Assembly (NCBI GenBank): GCA_036339735.1
Contig: JAYZAL010000058.1
Location: 1 to 19,509, forward strand
Direction: 5' to 3'
Origin: Candidatus Poribacteria bacterium
GTDB taxonomy: Bacteria; Poribacteria; WGA-4E; UBA9662
Length of the DNA stretch: 19,509 bases
The position numbers and the translations under genes were made by a program. Below are positions 15,401-19,509 of the stretch, piece by piece; the first letter of the stretch is position 1; each line of letters opens with the position of its first letter. The notes beneath the pieces are model-generated. The model worked only from the letters and a program-made list of their open reading frames with translations. It did no database searches and was not told the origin of the DNA.

Positions 15401-18400
15401 TCGTCCAAATCAGACGAGAGGCGATTGAATTGTACTGAATCCAGTAAGACTCCGAAGTCTCGATCCCGATCAGGTGAAGTGGAAATACTGTTACTACCAA
15501 AACCACTAATGATAATTTCGGGCGCGGTACTATCAACTACTAATTCAGTTAGGATGACAACACTAGACTTGTTACCGGATACATCGGTAGCGCTTCCTCG
15601 AATGTTATATCGGCCGTCAATTAAGCCTGAAAGGGTGACCGCAAAACTACCACTCTTATCACTTGTTGCAGTTACCATATCTGAATTAGGTCCCTCGTAA
15701 CTAATTTCTACGTTAGCTTCTGACTCGGCTTCATCCGAAGCTTTTTGTACTATACCTGTTAACTCAACACTGTTATCTGTGATGGGACCATCTATGATTC
15801 CCTGGTCAAGTAAAGGTGGCTGTGGGGCTTCGTTATCCAACACCTCGATTTTAGCGGTGGTGATGGCTTTGTTGCCAGCCTCATCCTTAACCTGTAACGT
15901 TACAGTTGTACTGATCGTGGCCTTAAAACTAACTTGCTTTGCATTATAGCTTGTCGCATCGAAAGTAGCACCATCGCTAAAATCAATATCCCAAGCATAT
16001 CTAGCAATTCGACCACTATTATCAGCTGATTGACTGCCATCAAGCTCAACTATGTCTCCTTGAGCTACACTTAATTGAGTTTGATCGATGATAGCTTCAG
16101 GTGGAGTCTTATCCAAAATCTGGATATCCTCGGTTGGTAAGGTCGCAACATTACCAGCAATATCGGTAGCTGATATCGAATAAGGTAGAGAACCTTGAGT
16201 AATACCAGCTAACTTGAGTTGATCTATCACATCTGTTGGGATAACGACCTTGGACTGATAAGCTCCTTTACTAGGAGACAGGGTAGTTCTAACCACTTCA
16301 GATACGAACTCAACCGTTTCTACTTGTCCATTATCATCCACGTTAACCGAAATTTCGACTAATTCACCAGCTCCAGCCTCTAGTGAGCCTGACTGATTTA
16401 GTGTGATGATAGGAGGTAGATTATCAATTATTACCGGTCCAATTTTGACAATATTTTCGACGACACCATCACTAGCTTTGGCTTCGATTTCGTATTCAGT
16501 TACATCACCTAATCCAAAACTTGTGGTGTCCCAAGTGAAGTCTATTGTTTGACTTCCTTGAGTTTGAGTGTTGTAAAGAAGCTGAGCGCCTGTTCCAGTC
16601 AATACAGACAAGGCCACACTAATCTGGCTAGCCGCTTGTTCGACTTCTAGTCCAACCGAAATTTTAGCTTGATTGCTTTTTCCATCGATTTTCAAATTAC
16701 GAAGGATAGGACCTTCCCGTTTGATAACTACTAATCTAGTTTCAATGGATTCTTTGTATTCTCCATCAACTTCCTGAACCGTGATTTTTAAATTAAATTT
16801 ACCCTCCTGACCAACTGCTGGTATCCAACTGAAAGTACCAGTCGATGCACCAGTATCAAATTGAGCACCATCAGGTTTACCGTCTAGAATGAAATTTAAC
16901 TCGTCTCCGTTGGGGTCACTGGCTGTCACTGAGAAACTAATTTCATCACCCACTACTCCATTGTAAACAGGGTCAATTGTGCTTACTTCCGGCCTGAGGT
17001 TGAGCGTAGCAATAGTCAGAATAACGGATACTTTGTCTACACCACCTGCAGTATCTTCAGCCACCAAAGTTAATTCATATTGGCCTTGGTCACCAAGAGC
17101 GGGGGTAATCAACAATTGTGAGCCAGCAACGCTAACATCACCATTTGGGAGATTACCTCGAAGCTTATATTGAATAGGTTCTTCAGGATCATCAGGGTCT
17201 ATAGCTTTCAATTCGACGGTCTCTACATCTCCTTCTATGACTTGAGGAGGCATTTTGATCGGCTCAAATTTTGGCTCTTGATTTTTATCTTTGACTTGAA
17301 TATATACTTCTACTGGTGTCTCCTCAGTATTGTCCAAACCAAAAGCGTCAGTAGCCGTAATTACAGCCTTATAGCCTTCTTGGATATAAGACTGATAATC
17401 TGTAGCCCAACGAAAAGTTCCACTACCATCACCACTATCGATCAACTCTGCTTCAGGGGGCCCTTCAACCAAATCCAAAGTCAAGGCATCACCATCAGGA
17501 TCAATAAAAGATACCGAAAACTGAAGCGTTTCACCTTCTTCGACTTCTGGAATCGTAACGTCAGCCACGGCTACAGGTGGCTGGTTAGTATTAGTGACTT
17601 CAATTTTGAAATTCTGGCTATTTTGCCCCTCTTTAGTCGAACCACTTGGATCTTTGGCTGTCACCGTTACTATAATTGGTTCTTCTGTTGCATCATTGAA
17701 AGTCGGTATCCAAATGATCTGACCTGTGACGGTATTATCGTCACCAGCACTTTCTACGAACTCTGCTCCTGGAGGTAATCCTTCAGCCGCTAGTTGTATC
17801 GGATCTTCATCCTTGTCTCCAGCTATAAAATCGACTATCAGCTCTTGGCCTTCCTCCACTGATTGATCGGCAATTTCGGATAGAAGGGGAATTAGATTTC
17901 GGTTCTGTACTCGAATCCGAACAGTTTTTTCATCAGAAAGTGGTTCCTTCTCGTCATCTCGAGCTCCTTCTACTACTCGAACTGTCATGGTCAAGATATT
18001 AAAACCTTCTGGCCCATCTCCAGCATCAAGGGGGGGGGCCCATGTAACTGTACCTGTTCCATCACCTGAATCTTCTAGTTCAGCACCTTCTGGAGCTCCT
18101 TCAATCTCAAATTTAATGGTATCTTCTTCTGCGTCTTCAGCTTTGAGACTGATTTGTAACAGGCTTGATTCGTCGATTTCCGTCGCCGCTGGTAGTGCTT
18201 CCCGAACGTTATAAGTCAGAGTTTCCAAGATTAACTTAGGTGGGGTGTTAACACTACCAACACCAATCGAAAATTTAGCGCTAGCGCTCAACGGATTTTC
18301 TGCCCCATCGTCTTCAGCCGTTAGATCAAATTCGGTTACCTGACCTAAATCTTCGTCTCCTGGTTTCCAAGACAGCGTTATATTAGCAACAGTACCGCCT

Positions 18401-19509
18401 TTTTCGTCTTCACTATATTCAGGTTGACCAATAATTTCGGGCTTTGAACCTTTACTAAATCGCCTAATATTAAAGCTAAACTTTTGATTAGGATCCGGGT
18501 CAGTAACAGTAACAGGAATTTCGGCCACTGGACTGACTTCAGGATCGATCACTACACTTGGAATATCCGATAAACTTGGTGGTCGGTTAACTTGTGTGAT
18601 TGTCAATTGAAAAGATTCTGTGGCTTTTCCACCATCGCTTGTAGCCGTAAAGTCTATCGTATAATCACCAGCAAAGGCGGACTTAGGTAGCCAAGTAAAA
18701 CTTGCGCCATCAAGTGTTGACCGAATGGTAGCTCCCGCATCTTCAGGTACCCCTTGGAAATCGTAGCTGATCTCAGTTTTATCAGGATTATCAACAGTAA
18801 ATTGAATATTAACTGGCTCGCCTGTTTTACCAATATCGTCTCCATCGATTTGAGTAAACACAGGTGGATCAGGGACTGACTCAATCGCAATTGAAACCAC
18901 GACTGGCAGACTTGGGCTAGTACCATCATTGACTATAAAACTAAACCTGTCCTGACCAAAGAAGTTGGGAGCCGGAGTATAGACTCGATCTGGCCCTTGA
19001 CCTGTTAGTTCTCCGTTCTCAGGTTTTAGATCGATCTTATACTCCAGTGGGTCTTCATCCGGATCTTCAGCAATTAGGGTAATTTCAACTGGTTCATCCT
19101 CGTTTGTCTGGACCGCTAAAGGTTCAACCACTGGCAAATCATTAACAGGATCAACAGTGACTTCAACTTCACCAATGCTATCTCCACCATTACCGTCTGA
19201 AACGGTATAAGTAAAAAAGTCAGGTTCGCCATCTTTACTAAAGTAATTCTCATTGGGTGTATAAACAGGTAGCCCGTTAGGTCCAATTTCAATATTTCCA
19301 TTAATGGTTTGAGTGACGGAGATAACCTGCAACTCATCTCCGTCAGCATCAATGTCATTGAATAAGACATCGATCTCGAAACCTTTTGTATCTTCAGGTA
19401 AATTGGCTTTATCAGTCGTAGGTTCTGGAACATCATTAACTTCTTCCACTTCAATTTCAACCGTAGCACCAGCCGTGGCATTTTTATCATCTGAAATGGT
19501 GTAAGTAAA
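9439..19509 (-). CDS. Giant Ig-like/cadherin-repeat cell-surface or secreted protein with PKD, FN3, dockerin, cohesin-like and C-terminal FlgD-Ig/'T9SS type A-like' domains (5'-partial)
   Basis: The frame is open to the window edge (FTYTISDDKNATAGATVEIEVEEVND...), so 19449 is not the true start and the protein is >=3356 aa. Big_9/cadherin-like repeats (VND.P, A.D.D.D.L, FTYTVSDG) are followed by a PKD-like unit, many D..PP...A.D.AGN Ig repeats, FN3, a twin EF-loop dockerin and QNYPNPFNPETW...RKMLLLK. Confidence 0.93.
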   Translation of the reverse strand, partial: FTYTISDDKNATAGATVEIEVEEVNDVPEPTTDKANLPEDTKGFEIDVLFNDIDADGDELQVISVTQTINGNIEIGPNGLPVYTPNENYFSKDGEPDFFTYTVSDGNGGDSIGEVEVTVDPVNDLPVVEPLAVQTNEDEPVEITLIAEDPDEDPLEYKIDLKPENGELTGQGPDRVYTPAPNFFGQDRFSFIVNDGTSPSLPVVVSIAIESVPDPPVFTQIDGDDIGKTGEPVNIQFTVDNPDKTEISYDFQGVPEDAGATIRSTLDGASFTWLPKSAFAGDYTIDFTATSDGGKATESFQLTITQVNRPPSLSDIPSVVIDPEVSPVAEIPVTVTDPDPNQKFSFNIRRFSKGSKPEIIGQPEYSEDEKGGTVANITLSWKPGDEDLGQVTEFDLTAEDDGAENPLSASAKFSIGVGSVNTPPKLILETLTYNVREALPAATEIDESSLLQISLKAEDAEEDTIKFEIEGAPEGAELEDSGDGTGTVTWAPPLDAGDGPEGFNILTMTVRVVEGARDDEKEPLSDEKTVRIRVQNRNLIPLLSEIADQSVEEGQELIVDFIAGDKDEDPIQLAAEGLPPGAEFVESAGDDNTVTGQIIWIPTFNDATEEPIIVTVTAKDPSGSTKEGQNSQNFKIEVTNTNQPPVAVADVTIPEVEEGETLQFSVSFIDPDGDALTLDLVEGPPEAELIDSGDGSGTFRWATDYQSYIQEGYKAVITATDAFGLDNTEETPVEVYIQVKDKNQEPKFEPIKMPPQVIEGDVETVELKAIDPDDPEEPIQYKLRGNLPNGDVSVAGSQLLITPALGDQGQYELTLVAEDTAGGVDKVSVILTIATLNLRPEVSTIDPVYNGVVGDEISFSVTASDPNGDELNFILDGKPDGAQFDTGASTGTFSWIPAVGQEGKFNLKITVQEVDGEYKESIETRLVVIKREGPILRNLKIDGKSNQAKISVGLEVEQAASQISVALSVLTGTGAQLLYNTQTQGSQTIDFTWDTTSFGLGDVTEYEIEAKASDGVVENIVKIGPVIIDNLPPIITLNQSGSLEAGAGELVEISVNVDDNGQVETVEFVSEVVRTTLSPSKGAYQSKVVIPTDVIDQLKLAGITQGSLPYSISATDIAGNVATLPTEDIQILDKTPPEAIIDQTQLSVAQGDIVELDGSQSADNSGRIARYAWDIDFSDGATFDATSYNAKQVSFKATISTTVTLQVKDEAGNKAITTAKIEVLDNEAPQPPLLDQGIIDGPITDNSVELTGIVQKASDEAESEANVEISYEGPNSDMVTATSDKSGSFAVTLSGLIDGRYNIRGSATDVSGNKSSVVILTELVVDSTAPEIIISGFGSNSISTSPDRDRDFGVLLDSVQFNRLSSDLDETGNKLPSIPIEVSDAGGLEIIEFKLLEGSVEVALSGGNTRSISSEIVRYSDTITPLRELIDGLNYSVSVIATDQAGQVGTATYQFKINEAAADITPPQISFVIDKITADARPQLRFDITDDLAGFDLSKPESVEVVLTDSDGVTVSIDAPQISSTNKKSVSVIVIPALALTDKPGNYQISVSTSDINGNSQSADQLFRVLGEVATSAPNPGQSDRFRILTEPVFSSEPFTTISGSVPIENMPGGGNVEIFVNGNSVARSKIDEGSGNFSVSVPLAEGMNEILLITEDVLGRKSSPLNQGTFILDTQPPLIQSLEPASGTTLRKAAEIRAIVKDSTVVANKVSGVDSTTLKVLLNDQLLTDVRGAKYDPISGQLLYPISAALEDGEQQIRIEVSDLLGNSINIETEFIIDAGIEDTNPPIITGLSPEKGALVNSASISELTLRGAAYDVESGVEEIQIRLDGNIVSIQTRDQDEEIGEIAYQPNNLSEGEHTLTIYARDTVGNKQTVNATFFVDTTSQMPTLTMAGPEADINSQSYLTKNNKVSLQGVADPESRINLTINGKPSGTTKSSTIGQFTLPDLSLIEGANVVLVTAIDQANNTSPPSPELEILVDSRPPSAFDPQPAPDSRNKSQTVTMSVKVADNPSGSGLDKDSIFFVLDGNVDVFDFIYDEESRTVSYTPTIKLAEGEHFFRITATDFAGNPLTFNSGKFFIDLTPPNFVELLPTDGQKLSNDQLEVTAIVKATDLDQLTGKLVKDGNEISAEAEVNLIKGAIRIKSEKPLVDGNYTATITAIDIAGNTVEKETNFTIDLGTVDETPPTFVQQFPPPGQPEIPIKNFNALQFQILDGDKGVDFDEMSVEINGVTYNDLFKPGSQHRLNRETGEVTLFIRFNRSQLELGGLEDPLELGGLEDPLELGGLEDPLELGALNRPMELAVGLNSVGITVPDISGNFGLFDFSFEVSLSSPDSPDFLPQVAPPAPPDALTLQMYTDFFINDIGVEPTTVVAGEVFNFEFNTDPKIVAAFLDLSTLDSKLLSADPSTDYKQPIEDLKADGLLPEWVTLDPEKDLGPIWTVLASLSEHLPSDINVDIMKLVPLAFLETDPRPFTVPAIANRYTAQLTINKDTKIAGGRYSTRLFVVKEREDASENETIVTNRFEVSSQEINIGFKNPALDEETKPPARKSRRGRSRSRRGSRNRQIVMAEDGTLVAEDSTFEEAAYEVVINEKDGKIYTNSPEIPLTGQVPLSKKRSLMVEVFVNGNTMGIVEAKSDGTFTIDRIILENGENTVSAFTRSESKLQSPLSAPKTYVLDLEPPTVDFIDLPNYSKDLAFTVKVKYQDNSLDTADFITLIVNNKPIAIDPAEGDTSKMGDLIKSVEVELVDGENQLVLTAIDTAGNASSIVKRTIIVDRLPPETTPTNLQAKLTFSGTEVKLDWQADPDAGSYNLYRSEKPILATELNRDDVSLLTTTTETTFVDTNVDPEVTYYYALTSVSPAGLEGVKVSINRNVTIISVNKGGTAILADGTRLRAGSQAIASDLTLFNAITIEDLSLGGLPPLTGALSDQAIVFSAATQSGQAFNDNFNQSVQVSLSYPTNSRQVDVYRLNLDLTQIQAGQSDGEWVKVASTTDIDDPNIQVESGLITFPANRYGIYGLAKPLTEPWDVNSDGQVDIFDLVLVVKYFAQTGDDISGDVNGDGQVDIFDLVLVVKHFGEVYSTVATAPTIASFQQPIRLHLSAEVTKTENQGLDQNICQITVQADMPESSLKGYQLDLAYDPYQLGIIDVSSKGKISTSSDSLRPVYYPVQPKFGLGLVQNIAAVRIQNSQLDDRSERTGTVLATISLRLKTETKQALESLSLQNLRIVNSDGQLVPVEIDSRIQLQIQEENPPHQYTLEQNYPNPFNPETWLPYQLTEPANVTLSIYDSKGQLVRQLQIGHQPAGTYASRDRAIYWDGKNELGESVASGIYYYQIQAESSSSSTWRKTRKMLLLK
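9442..9740 (-). other. C-terminal sorting-like domain (FlgD Ig / T9SS type A-like)
   Basis: LEQNYPNPFNPETWLPYQL...VTLSIYDSKGQLVRQL...YWDGKNELGESVASGIYYYQI...TRKMLLLK. Boundaries approximate. Confidence 0.85.
9780..10220 (-). other. Cohesin-like beta-sandwich domain
   Basis: ITVQAD...LKGYQLDLAYDPYQL.IIDV...GTVLATISLRLK...LSLQNLRIVNSDG matches the cohesin pattern (G.Q..L.YDP..L; G.LATI.F). Boundaries approximate. Confidence 0.65.
10273..10431 (-). other. Dockerin type I-like domain (duplicated Ca-binding loop-helix)
   Basis: WDVNSDGQVDIFDLVLVVKYF ... GDVNGDGQVDIFDLVLVVKHFG: two DxNxDGxVDxxD motifs. Confidence 0.88.
10295..10415. repeat. 34-bp perfect direct repeat, two copies 87 bp apart, within the dockerin
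   Basis: AGGACCAAGTCAAAAATGTCGACTTGGCCATCGC at 10295-10328 and 10382-10415. Confidence 0.95.
10905..11176 (-). other. Fibronectin type III-like domain
   Basis: PPETTPTNLQA...VKLDWQ...SYNLYRS...FVDTNVDPEVTYYYALTSVS..GLEG. Boundaries approximate. Confidence 0.8.
12629..12720. repeat. 27-bp coding tandem repeat, about 3.4 copies, encoding (LELGGLEDP)n
   Basis: Units at 12629-12655, 12656-12682 and 12683-12709, plus a partial unit at 12710-12720. Units 2 and 3 are identical (CCTAACTCCAATGGATCTTCCAAACCT). Unit 1 differs at three third-codon positions. Confidence 0.95.
15835..16113 (-). other. PKD-like domain
   Basis: PPEAII....V.QGD.VELDGSQSADNSGRIARYAWD...VTLQVKDEAGN. Boundaries approximate. 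Confidence 0.7.
18030..18038. repeat. G9 homopolymer (C9 on the coding strand)
   Basis: caa-GGGGGGGGG-cc. Encodes A-P-P-L in the giant gene. Confidence 0.9.

Noticed and set aside
19447..19449. GTG at 19449 as the start of the giant protein
   Set aside because: The frame stays open to the window edge and continues the same repeat pattern (FTYTISDD...VEIEV). No signal peptide follows this codon.
11153..19504. Many short + strand ORFs (e.g. 12578-12877, 15245-15700, 17170-17778) and alternative-frame minus ORFs (18654-18929, 19116-19490)
   Set aside because: Antisense or out-of-frame shadows of the giant gene. The Ser/Pro/Ile-rich composition of most of them mirrors its codon usage.

Overview
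Low-GC (roughly 40% by eye) bacterial window with five protein-coding genes. In order: a META/HslJ-domain lipoprotein (-), a divergent aldo/keto reductase plus sugar-phosphate isomerase/epimerase pair (+), a 1846-aa thioester-containing bacterial alpha-2-macroglobulin (+), and the 3' part (>=3356 aa, open past the right edge) of a giant acidic Ig/cadherin-repeat surface protein (-). The giant gene converges on the macroglobulin with only 12 bp between stop codons and ends in FN3, dockerin, cohesin-like and NYPNPFNPETW-type C-terminal domains. That C-terminal signature suggests Candidatus Poribacteria (inference). Main points of interest: the macroglobulin has no adjacent pbpC, no lipobox, an RKKR in its bait region and a coupled upstream mini-ORF. 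The giant protein carries a (LELGGLEDP)x3 repeat, a protamine-like Arg/Ser patch, a DNA-identical dockerin duplication and a C9 tract. The ~790-bp left non-coding region holds two long hairpins, one resembling a promoter-to-terminator small RNA or leader. No rRNA, tRNA, CRISPR array or transposase was seen.
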